Below, piece by piece: positions 41,001-53,069 of a stretch of DNA of 64,000 nt. A program made the translations under genes and the position numbers. Every line of letters starts with the position of its first letter. Position 1 is the first letter of the stretch. Source of the DNA: Octopus sinensis (lineage: Eukaryota); contig NC_043014.1 of NCBI RefSeq assembly GCF_006345805.1, forward strand, positions 1,116,001-1,180,000, in the 5' to 3' direction. The notes beneath the pieces were generated by a model. The model ran no database searches, was not told the origin of the DNA, and saw only the letters and a list, made by a program, of their open reading frames with translations.

Positions 41001-42825
41001 GGTACTTATTTTATTGACCCCGAAAGGCTGAAAGGCAAAGTCGACCTCAGCAGAATTTGAACTCAGAACCTAACGGCAGAGGAAATACCGCTAAGCATCT
41101 TGCCCGGCGTGCTAACGTTTCTGCCAGCTCGCCTCTGTGTAAATATTATTATTATTATCATCATCATTATTATGGTGGTGAGCTGGTGGAATCGTTAGCA
41201 TGCTGGGCCAAATTCTTTGAGGCAGTTTGTCAGTCTTTGCATTTCAAATTCAAAATCTGCCAAGGTCAACTTTACTTTTTATCCTTTTGGGGTCAATAAA
41301 ATAAAGTACCAGTTGAATAGTGGGGTTGATGTAATTGACTGACCCCTTCTCCCTAAATTTGCAGACCTTGTACCAAAATAAGTAAGAATTGTTATTCTTT
41401 TATATGAATTAGTCAAACTCCCATGCCAATACTTTGGGTATTTTGCTACCAGGGTAGGTCTGCCACCCTTCACTCCATCAGTAAAAGACATAACTGTAAG
41501 CCAACAAAAAAGTCGTTTGGCAGAATGGCTGATGGGAACACAGACTCTTGTCAAGCGAAATGTTATCATTAAACAGTGGCAGACAATTCCAGTTATTAGC
41601 CAACAAGATACGAAGGAGATGCACAGCAATTCTTGAACATTAACGGCACTTTTTAGTAATTCCTGGCTGAATATTGCAAACAGTTACCAAATACTATGAC
41701 CTGGTGAACTATTACAAACACATGTAAAGTCAGACTTCCTTCAGCAGAAAATTTCACCAGAGAATCATGTCTGGTGGTTGTTTGATCGTTTTATGTTTAG
41801 ACAAATCTGTCTTTAGATGAAACCAGCTGGTAACTTTGCTTGACCAAAAACGGTTTGGAATCTATGATATTGCATTCAGAATTCTGTTCACTTTATTGCT
41901 TATATATGGAGTGTGCCCATTTTTGTAACATTTTGTAATCTCTATAAATAAATGAAGTGGACAGTGTCCAGTTGGAGTGGTTCTACATAAGGATAGGGTC
42001 CTGCTCACACCTCACTATCTGAAACTTCGAATGCTATTTGGTGAACATGTAAGGGTGAAATACTGAGGTAGCATCCACAAACATTGACCCTGAAACAGTG
42101 GTTCCTTACCCTCCAAATATGGAAAACTGTGAGCTTATGAGAGGTGGGTGGAAGCCATGGCTGGCAGCAACACTAGATTTTATATTGCTCAACATAGATT
42201 TCTCTCATTGTGAAGGATACTTCACAATGAAGGGCTGGGAAATCATTGAAGGTTGTTTTGTCTTATTGTTTTGGGGTTAAAAGGACAGTTGAGGACTTTG
42301 AGTAATCAGTGCCTGAAACAGATTTCTTGAAGTCCAGGTCAGAACTTGGACTTAAAACAATTCCAGCTCCTTGTTCTTCAGGTACACTTATGATCAAATA
42401 CATTCCAGTCTTTTATTCAGACATAACGTATCTTGGAGTACATTATTTAATGTGCACATACTTTTCAAGAGAGAGATTGGGTTGTGATTTGAGGGAGATT
42501 TGGCTGTTATTTCTTACAGATTGAGGGGTCACGTAGAAATTTCCTGAATGAGTATGTTGTTAAGTGTCAGCCACATTATTTTTTCCATTCTTTCTTTGTT
42601 TTTCCTGATTTCATACAAGCAGTGTTGTCCTTGACAACATGTCAGTCCATGGGGAAATATTACCTTATATGGAAACAAGTGAGGGTTGGCAACAGAAAGG
42701 GTTTCTGGCCCAAAAGAAATCTGCTTCAATGAGCTCTGTTCATCCTGTGCAAGCCAATAAAGGCGGACATTAAAAACAAATGATGATGATGTTACACACA
42801 CACACACACACACATGCACTCATAT

Positions 42826-42909
<84 letters not shown>

Positions 42910-43016
42910 TACTTTATTTAAAAGCAACAGAAAATTCAACAAAACCTGTTACTCTGAGTTTCACTTTCGATGAACGGGAACGTGAAACTCAGAGTAACAT
43001 GAGCGGTGGTGGAGCG

Positions 43017-43237
43017 ATAGAGTGGTTGTTTACTGTCAACTTAACGTGACAGCCCTGTAAGGGAATTACACCACCGCTGTTTAGCCCTAGGAAGCATCGA
43101 TGCCTCCTAAATATATAAGGACACAGGAAATGTGTCAAGGCTGACAGGAGGCGTCAATGCTTCCTAGGGCTAAACAGTGGTGGTGTAATTCCCTTACAGG
43201 ACTGTCACGTTAAGTTGACAGTATACAACCACTCTAT
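43017..43237. repeat. Foldback element, 92-bp arms
   Basis: 43017-43108 vs 43146-43237; same family as 16000-16120. Confidence 0.9.
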
Positions 43238-43681
43238 ATATATATATATATATGTAGGTATGTACATATATGTATGTATATATGCATATATCTATATTAT
43301 CATATGATCGAATGCCATGCATCCTTTTTCAAGTAAGTTTTATCTATCTATCTATATATATATATATATATACATATGTATATATAGGTGTATGTGTGTA
43401 TACAAAATCATCATCATCATCTGCCCACTTTTCCATGCTGACATGGGTTTGGACAAGCTGTCCTTACCCAAGTCCATTCTAGTTTGGAATGACTGACTTC
43501 CAAGATGTGTCAGAGACCAAGTTTTGCTTATGTTATGTTGGCTGTTTCTTGAAGCTAGTAATACGTGTGTATATACACCCACCTAGAATCATTGAGCGAC
43601 ATACCTAAAATTCTATTCATACACGTCATAGCTTGTGTATGTGTATATATATATATGTACACACACACAAGCTATGATGTT

Positions 43682-43719
<38 letters not shown>

Positions 43720-43945
43720 TACATATACACATATATATATACACATACTTATAGGAGCTCATAAGAATGTGTAAATGATTGTAGGTCTCTTGTAATAGTG
43801 TTCTCAGTCAGCCAGGCAAGTGTAATTTTCAGATTAACATATCTCAGTTTAGATAAATCCTCTCTTCATCACCTACACACACACACCCCTCACCTACACA
43901 CACACCTACCAGCTTTTAAAATTCTTTATTTGCTGTATAATACTG

Positions 43946-44003
<58 letters not shown>

Positions 44004-45072
44004 GTTGTATGTATGTATGTATATTTTGTGAGTGTGTGTGTGATTGAATTTATCTGATATGACATTTCCTTGTTCCCAGTGATGACTGGATTAGCTCTCT
44101 CTTATCACTCGCCTTGATTAACTCTCTCGTTACTCATCACTCATATTGATGGCTTCTGTTAAGGACAGAAAGCTGAGTCTCCCTGTTCTGTAGTAAGGTT
44201 AGCTGCTTTCTAGTAAGCCACCATCACCATGACAACGATGACGACGACGACCACCACCACCACGCCACTCCCACTATCCTGACTATCATCACCACTGCCA
44301 TCACCAACACCACTTCAGTACCACCACCACCACCACCACCACCACCATGCCACTACTACCTTACCTCTCCTTCAAGTTGATGGGCGAAATGATGACAACA
44401 TCCTTGCTCAAGGCATGGAAAGAATATTAGATTTAGTTGACAGTGACAAGAACAACAAGAAGAAGGTCTTGATGATGATGATGATGACAATGATGATGAT
44501 GATGATAGCTATGTTTTTCCTTCTTGCCTTCAACGTTATCTGTCTCTTATAGTCACATGACCTTGTTTCTAATTCTGATTTGTCATTAGCTCTGGTCCTA
44601 TATTACTATTGTTGTTGTTGTTGCTGTTTCATGGACATATTCTAATTAGCATTGTCTCCCCCCCACCCCACCCTCTTTCCTGTATTTACCATATTTAATT
44701 AGCTTCAAAATGTTTTTTATAGACAATTTCTTGTAAGCTATCTCATCTGCGTCTGACCTTCCTAACCTCCACATCTGATGGCCACCATGATAACCATTTC
44801 ACTTCCTCTTCGAAACTGACCATTACACTCTTGCCCACTGGACACCATTCTCCCTCAACTCTTATTCCTGTTGTTGTTGTTGTTGTTAGTGATGGTAGTC
44901 TCGGTTAACGTAGCTGTCTCTAATTGGCAGCAGATCATCTGTTGTTATCCCAGATTCTCCATTTCTTGAACTTTGCTGTATCATCATCATCATCATCATC
45001 GTTTAACGTCCGCCTGCAGTTCCAATACCATTCTACTGACCGGCAGCCATGCAATCGTACAATCATGAGTTT

Positions 45073-45386
45073 GTGGAGGCACATGGCCTAGTGGTTAGAG
45101 CAGCGGACTCGCAGTCGAGGGATTGCGGGTTCGAATCTCAGACCGGGCGATGTGTGTGTTTATGAGTGAAACACCTAAGCTCCACGTGGCTCCTGCAGAA
45201 GGTAATGGTGAACGTCTGCTGACTCTTTCGCCCACAACTTTCTCTCATTCTTTCCTCCTGCATCTTGCAGCTCACCTGAGACGGACCGGCATCCCATTCA
45301 GGTGGGGAACCTATACGCCAAGAAACCAGGAAACCGGCCCTTATGAGCCAGGCATGGCTCGAGAAGGAAGAAACAAACAACAAAAT
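45073..45386 (+). mobile_element. tRNA-derived SINE, family C (GGAGGCACATGGCCTAGTGGTTAG head) with 12-bp TSD
   Basis: A box TGGCCTAGTGG, B box GGTTCGAATCT; TSD AATCATGAGTTT at 45061-45072 and 45387-45398. Confidence 0.88.
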
Positions 45387-46237
45387 AATCATGAGTTTAG
45401 GTGACACTTTAGTTCTTGTGTAATCAATGCCGTTGCTTGCTTCTACACGCCTCAGTCTGCTGGCTCAACAACAGTTTCCACTTGTTTGTTTCATTAAGTT
45501 TTAGAAAATATTGATGAAAGCTGATCTAGCAGTAAAGATAACGACTTGCTTCACCGGAATGAAAGTGTTTAGAAAAATCTTAATTTTGTCTAAACAGAGA
45601 AATGGCCATCCAGAGTGCATTGGGCATTTGTGACCAACACAAAACACTAGGAAAAACTGAAGACATTGAACAGCAAAAAAACCCCATCCCAATACATTGA
45701 CAAGAAGTGGTCAGTTATTGTACAGAACTGCTCTCAACAGCCAAAGGAGTGACCGCCTGTCATGGATAGGTGCCCCCTGCCCATGTTGCTCATTATAGCA
45801 ACCCCAGTAAGTTTTCGGCAATGGTCCCCATTCCTGATGATCCTTCAGATGTACTTGTTCAGGGTATTCAACTCTGGAGAGTTTGGAAGCCAACATAACC
45901 ACAAGGTTCTCCCAGGTCTTGTCAAACACGAATCACTCACATGGCCCCTCTCTATCCCCATCATGTAGGACTGCTACCCGATGCCCTTGTGTTGCATCAC
46001 ACATCTTATTGTGGGCTTCACCACCTTCACCTGCTGGTCTCATCTCCCATTAACCCACTGGAAAGGGCCCGCACATAATCATGTCCTGTACCTGCTGGAC
46101 AAAGTCAGCTGTCCTTGTGATGACCTGACTATGGGGAACGTTCTTTGTTTTGATCTCAGATGCCCCCCCCCCCCCGCCATCTAGTGGCTCTCCACTCAAC
46201 ACAAAAGACCCACCCACATTCAAGAAACTGGTCATCT

Positions 46238-46340
46238 CTAAGTTGCTGTGGTTGGTGTCTCCAATACATTATTATCCTGTTGTAGCTTTTTGTGTTTTGT
46301 GTCAGTTTGAAATCTTCCATTCTTGACGCTTTCTGTATTT
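46238..46340 (-). CDS. Candidate terminal coding exon of nested antisense gene
   Basis: Strong acceptor ttttctctttctcgtttctcttgcag|; phase-2 frame NTESVKNGRFQTDTKHKKLQQDNNVLETPTTAT-stop. Confidence 0.45.
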
Positions 46341-47529
46341 CTGCAAGAGAAACGAGAAAGAGAAAATTTGACTCACCTGCATAGAATGTTACTTTTGATC
46401 AGCCTTCATTTATGACTCACTCAAGTTTGCATTCGGATATGCAATGCACCCTCTGGATCAGATTACTGCAGGTGTGGTGGAATGCACGTAAAGGAACCAA
46501 GGTAGACAAGAACAGTAATAATAATAATGGTTTCAAATTTTGGCACAGGGACAGCAGGTTTGAAAGGAGAGCTTTGAAGTACTTGATTGGTACTTTATGT
46601 TTGAAGTACTTGTCTGGTACTTACTTTATCAACTCTGAAAGGATTAAAAGTAAAGCTGACCTCAACAAAATTTGAACTCGGAATGTAAAGACAGACAGAC
46701 GGAATACCTATTTCTTTACTGCCCACAAGGGGCTACACACAGAGGGGACAAACAAGGACAGACAAACAGATTAAGTCGATTATATCGACCACAGTGCATA
46801 ACTGGTACTTATTTAATTGACCCCGAAAGAGGAAAGGCAAAGTCGACCTCGGCGGAATTTGAACTCAGAACGTAACAGCAGACGGAATATCGCTAAGCAT
46901 TTTGCCTGGTCTGCTAACAATTCTGCCATCTTGCTGCCTTGAGAATAGTAACAGAATTATTGGTTTCAAATGTCGGCACAAGGCCAGCAATTTCAGGGGA
47001 GTCGATTACATCCAACCCCTGCCAGTACTTGACTGGTAATGTCATTTTATCGATGTTGAAAGGATGAAAGACAAAGTCGACCTTGGTGGAATTTGAACTC
47101 AGAACCAAGAAAGCTGGAATGAATACTGCAGGGCAATTTATCAAGTGCTCTAACGAACTCTGCCAACTCTCCACTTTGTTGTTGTTGCAACTGTTGATGA
47201 CACGAAATACAGAAAAGACATAAATGACAGAAATATGTGTGGGGAGGAGGGTGTCTGATGCAAGTCAAAGTTTTATTGAAGAGATGATGATGATGATGAT
47301 GATGATATGGACTAAACAACAACAACAAAATAACAAGTGTCAGTGATGGTGGTGGTGGTGGGGGCGGGGGTGGGGGTGGGGGCAATAAATTATATAGCAA
47401 AAAAAACAAGAAGAATATATACACTCAATTTCTGCCATGTTTTTGTGGAATGTTGTGGAAACTGAATGGAAACATAATATTTAAACAGATTCAGTGTTTA
47501 CAGTGAATCGCTCTTTGTAGTAATAGGTG

Positions 47530-47532
47530 TAG

Positions 47533-47564
<32 letters not shown>

Positions 47565-47843
47565 AGGTTTGTGTGTGTATGTGTGTATGTTTGTGTGTGT
47601 GTGTTTGTGTGTGTGTAGGTTTGTGTGTGTGTGTGTGTGTGTAGGTTTGTGTGTGTGTGTGTGTGTGTAGGTTTGTGTGTATGTTTGTGTGTGTATGTGT
47701 GTTTGTGTGTGTGTAGGTTTGTGTGTGTGTGTGTATGTTTGTGTGTGTGTATGTTTGTGTGTGTGTGTGTTGTGTGTGTGTGTGTGTAGGTTGTGTGTGT
47801 GTGTGTGTTTGTGTGTATGTTTGTGTGTGTGTGTGTGTATGTT

Positions 47844-47892
<49 letters not shown>

Positions 47893-47973
47893 AGGTTTGT
47901 GTGTGTGTGTGTGTTTGTGTGTATGTTTGTGTGTGTGTGTGTAGGTTGTGTGTGTGTGTGTGTGTCTGTGTCT

Positions 47974-48007
<34 letters not shown>

Positions 48008-48008
48008 A
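47530..48008. repeat. Degenerate (GT)n tract
   Basis: Direct inspection. Confidence 0.95.
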
Positions 48009-48518
48009 GGGTTGTGCTACACACTGATCTGTAGCTTTGTACTCTACTCTAGCTTTGACTACCACACCCATGTTGCACTGTAGCCCATACTGTGATCTCA
48101 TACATTCTGTAGTCTTTGCAACAACGTGTAGAAACTGTGGCTTTCATTACATCCTTAGTCTCTTAAGCCCTGTGAGGAATTCTCTACAGAGGCACTCAAC
48201 CTGCTAAAAATAGCAGCCAAATCTCCCTGAAATAACACCCCTCTATCTTAAGAAAGGAAGCACACATCTCTAGATATACAGTCAGGATGGTCATTGCTGG
48301 AATATCTTTGTTCATATATTTACTGGTTCAAGGCTAACCTAGGGCTAAACAAGGACAGGCACATTAGATAATGCAGTCCTAGATACACTATGTCAGTAAA
48401 AGACTGGATGGTCACAATTGGAACACCTTTGATCATAAGCCTGCTGGATCAGGAGTGACCTGGGGTTATACATCAGCAACAGCAAGGAAGGGCGCATCAG
48501 CTTTCATTCATGACTCAC

Positions 48519-48556
48519 TCGGGTTTGTACTCGGGTATGTGACACACCCTCAAGAT
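48519..48556 (-). CDS. Candidate exon of nested antisense gene (unknown protein)
   Basis: caccttacag|ATC TTG...CCC GA|GTGAGT; encodes ILRVCHIPEYKP(E), phase 0 in and phase 2 out. Confidence 0.4.
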
Positions 48557-49337
48557 CTGTAAGGTGATGCTTGAACTATAATAACGATGCCATAATTTAC
48601 TGCATTTCACTCTGTCTGTGTGTCTGTGTTTAATGAAGAAAGTTATTTCGTTGTCCCCATAAAGGAATTAATGTTGAGAGGGAGGGGAGCAACAGCTGTG
48701 ACCTTTGACCTTTTCTAGTGACCCTGAAACTGTTTTTTTTTCAAAAATGATTTTATCTTTTATTCAAGAGAGAAGATGATGTTTGTGGCCCTTTGTGGGG
48801 TCTGTGAGGGTGATGAGAGGGTGGTAGATAGGTACCCTTATATCAGACACTTGACATGACTGCTAGCAATAAAAACCAGGTGGTAGTATTAAGTCTGTCA
48901 ACCAGGGTGGTCATGATAGGATTTGAACTCAGAATGCAAAGAATCAGAGTAAATACCACAAGGTATCTGGTCCCATGTTCTTACAGTTCCACTTCTTTCC
49001 CTGCAACTTTGCATTGATACTTTTTATTTTATTGACCTAGAAAGAACAGAAGGCTAAATTGATCTTGGTGGAATTTGAACTTGGAGTTCAGAGACTTGAA
49101 ACAAACACCAGCAGGTATTTTGTCCCTTGCTGTAATGACTCTGTTTGTTTGGTGAGGAATTTAGTCACAGATACTTGTAACAGGCTGCACTTCGCTGGAG
49201 ATGCAAACATACGTGGATCATGAGATTGGAGCTTATCCGGGTTTTGCGAGACATAAGAATCCGAACCAGGCATTGGCATTCGACCTTTCAAGGGTTTCTG
49301 TCCACCAATGCAAATCAGGAATGGCCAACGGACTTAC

Positions 49338-49399
49338 AAGATTTTGGTAAATGTCACTTGTTGTCCAAGATATCAGGCAGAGAGGTGGAAGCAGGAACC
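49338..49399 (-). CDS. Candidate exon of nested antisense gene (unknown protein)
   Basis: ttttgtctcccgtcacag|GG TTC...AAT CTT|GTAAGT; encodes FLLPPLCLISWTTSDIYQNL and ends in phase 0, matching the next candidate exon. Confidence 0.4.
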
Positions 49400-49649
49400 C
49401 TGTGACGGGAGACAAAACTGTTTAGCAACACAGTCTTGCCTCTTCTTCTTCCGTGTGATGACTGTTTACATAGCCATGTCCAGCCGATGGTCAAACAGGT
49501 CCAGTCTGTCTGTGTGTCCTCTGTTGCTATTTCTGCCATGAGTCACACTCAACCGATTCATGTTTGTGTCTCCACTCACTTTACTATCCACCCTGCTCCC
49601 ACCCCCACTTCTATAAATTCCAACTCTGACAGTTAATACCCCTCCCCAC

Positions 49650-49698
<49 letters not shown>

Positions 49699-49836
49699 CC
49701 TCTCTCTCTCTCATTTCAGTCTGCACTCACACTCAATGATAATCAACTCTGAGTATTTTCTAATTAAACTCTATTCTGATTAAAATAACTGCTTTGCCCT
49801 ACAAATTTTGTTGTGTTTTTTTGTCTTTTTTTCCAG

Positions 49837-49866
49837 CCATCCACTTTACGATAGCGAATCAGTGAA
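49837..49866 (+). CDS. Candidate 30-nt cassette microexon of the ZDHHC3-like gene
   Basis: Long T-rich tract ending ttccag|, donor |GTAAGT, length 30 nt. In the phase-2 frame it inserts HPLYDSESVK with no stop. Confidence 0.5.
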
Positions 49867-50938
49867 GTAAGTCCTGTCCACACACACACACACACACACA
49901 CCACACACACACACACACTATCTCTCTCTCTCTCACTCACACACACACTCATGTGCAACTCACCCTTTCACCTGTCTCTTGTTCACCTGTCTCTTGTTCA
50001 ACTCTCATTTACTCTTCCACCTCCAATTAATCTCCTACCTTCTCACTGCATTAATTACATGGTTCTTGCATCCCCTCTACCTTCCCCCTACCTCATTTCT
50101 GTCTGTCTTCCGACTGTCTCTATGTCTTTCTCTGTCTCTCTTCCCCCCTCTTTCTCTCTCTCTCTCTCTCTATCTATCTGTCTGTCTATCTATCTATCTC
50201 TATCTATCTATCTATCTGTCTGTCTGTCTATCTATCTATCTATTTGTATGTATGTCTATCTATCCTTCTGTCTGTCTGTTTGTGTATCTGTCTATCTGTC
50301 TGTTTAGCTGTCTACCTGTCTGTCCATCTGTCTGTCGCCCCCCCCCCCGCCTCTCCAACCATGGACGTATAGTTTATAGTGTCACTTTGCAACTTTCCTA
50401 GTTTCAACTGCACTACTCAGCAATACCTTGGGCAAGTGTCTCCTCTCACAGTTTCACATTGACTACCCATATGGAACAAAGACAGGGTCCACTGCCCAGA
50501 GGCCCACCCTTTATATTATGTTATGTATGCATATATAGGTTCAGGCATGGGTGTGTGGTATGCAGTTTGCTTCCCAACCACATGGTTCCAGGTTCAGTCC
50601 CACTGCATGGCACCTTGGGTTAGTGTCTTCTGCTGTAGCCCCAGGCTGACCAATGTTTTGTGAGTGGATTAAGTAGATGGAAACTGAAATAAACCTATCG
50701 TGTGTCTGTGTATATATATAAATGAAGTATAAAGAAAGGAAAAAGTTGTAGGTGTAGACGAACTTTAATTCCATAATCGAAGTTGGTACAGAACCAATCT
50801 ACATTCTACAAATCATTTGGGAGTCTAATTAATTCCAAAGACAAAAATGAAAAACTCTTCATGAAATAAAAATTTGATTCTTTGTCAGGAATTACATCCT
50901 GGTATGAATAATTACGATCAACAAGAATATACAAGGAC

Positions 50939-50988
<50 letters not shown>

Positions 50989-51284
50989 TTAGAGAGAGAG
51001 AGAGAGGATATGAGGAGTTTACGTCAGGGTGACTCCAACTAACAGGTATGTGTTCAGAGTGCTTAAACAGGTGGGCCACCAAAATTCTGGTTAGAAGAGT
51101 GGTTGAAGCTGTGGTTGTGTGATTGTCTTGTTCGAAAAATGGCCAATGCTGGCTTCTCTTTGAGTCAGTAAGTAGAGGTTAAAGTAGTGAGGAAAGACAA
51201 ACAATTAGTGAAGGCTGGACGAGGACACTTGATTTAATTCAATTCAATCAAAAATAGTACCAACTGGTGGATCTTCTTTGCTTT

Positions 51285-51560
51285 AATGTCCGCTTTCCAT
51301 GCTAGCATGGGTCGGACGATTTGACTGAGGTCTGGCGAACCAGACTCCAATCTGATCTGGCAGAGTTTCTACAGCTTGATGCCCTTCCTAATGCCAACCA
51401 CTCTGAGAGTGTAGTGGGTGCTTTTACGTGCCACCGGCACAGGGGCCAGTTTGGTGGTACTGGCAACAGCCACGCCCAAATTCTGCTTTTTATGTGCCGC
51501 CTGCACAGGAGCCAGTCCAATGGCACTGGCGATGACCTCACTCGAATGTTTCACGTGCCA
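51285..51560 (-). mobile_element. Non-autonomous or 5'-truncated copy of the RTE 3' UTR
   Basis: Matches 15340-15580 (GTGGTTGGCATTAGGAAGGGCATC..CCCATGCTAGCATGG). Similar copies at ~5290-5475, 24880-25090, 25105-25310 and 40050-40170. Confidence 0.8.
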
Positions 51561-52264
51561 TTGTCTACCTCAGCTATTTACCAACTGGTGTTGGTTTGTT
51601 TATGTCCCCATAGCTTAGTGCTTCAGCAAAAGAGACTGATAGAATAAGTGCCAGGTTTAATAAAAAAAGTAAGCCCTGGGTGTCGATTTGTTTGACTAAA
51701 CTCTTTGAGGTGGTGCCCCAGCATGGCCACAGTTCAGTGATTTAAACAAGATGCATGTGTAAAGGTGGGGGTTGCGTTGGTGCATCGAACAAACAGTACC
51801 TCACCGCATTCTGCCCCTTAAGTCTGAAGAATTTTCTTTCCCTTTTTTTGCTGTTCAATAAACAAACATTGATCTAATCTTTACCTGAATTGGGGACATT
51901 AACATGATTGACTAAAACATTTGAAGGCACTGCCCCAGCATGGCCACACTACACAGACTGAAACCAACCTAAATACAATAAACAAATGTCTGTTTGTCAC
52001 TTTTTGTTTAGTTTCTTCCTGCCTTCCTTCCTCATTAAGTCTTCTCTGTTGAAATCCTTTTAAATCCATTAATCTTAGTCTAATCCCACCTAGAAACATA
52101 TCTAACAATCTTTATCTCTCTAGTTTGATTATTAATTAGTAAATTTGTCAATCTATGTGTCTGATTAGTTATTACCAAGTAAATTTGTTTCCATAATTAA
52201 CCGTATGTTTCCATAAATTATTTTGCAATTGTTTACTAAATTTCAAAATGTTATGAAATTTGTT

Positions 52265-52303
<39 letters not shown>

Positions 52304-53069
52304 TTGCAGATTCCTTATTGTTATATACTGTGTTATATATTTTATATGTATGTATGTATAATATGTTTCGTACACTGTGCATGCTATATACTATGTTTTA
52401 CATGTTATAAATCCCATATATACAATTGAACCAGTATTAAATAAAAATAGCCATCTATGTATTATACTGAATGTATGTACTCTGTTGATAGGCCAGTTAC
52501 TGCAGTATTTGTCCCGAGATAACATCTCTTATGGACTTGCTGTGTTAAAAATAGAATAAATATTAGGAGATAAAAATTCTTCCAAACAGCGGCCATTAAG
52601 AGCCCCAGATACACTTGGGCTTGTTGGGGCCTTTTCAGTGGTGCACACTTGCAGCCAGCTGCATGCTTGGAAGTGCATCTGGTGCTCTTGTTGGCTGCTG
52701 CTCTGGTGAATGTTTGTGTGTGTCTCTGATATTTGTTATGTTTTTAACCCAACAAATCCATAAAAGATGTTATTTCAGGACAAATACTGCCGTTATTGGC
52801 CCATTGACAACACTAAGTATTATACATTGATGGCTATATATATTATATGATTAACAGGTTTTCGATGCTGTATACCTTATATACATACATCTATTATATA
52901 CATGTGTGTTACAAACTATATATATATATATTATTTATATATGGTAATTAATATTAACTGAAGACCCTTCCCCCACACCACCACCACCAGAAAGAGCTAT
53001 TCACAACTTTATACTCCTTCTGTTAACACAATGTGATTCTTATCTGTACAATGTTTTTCTCAGAGTAGA

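Noticed and set aside
45074-45150. tRNA gene-like A/B boxes (also at 18507, 19954, 54908)
   Set aside because: Heads of multi-copy SINEs with bodies, tails and TSDs; no complete cloverleaf.
46341-46376. Apparent 36-nt minus-strand intron (GTGAGT...TTGCAG)
   Set aside because: Too short for typical spliceosomal splicing; the acceptor is better explained with donors at 46420 or 48518.
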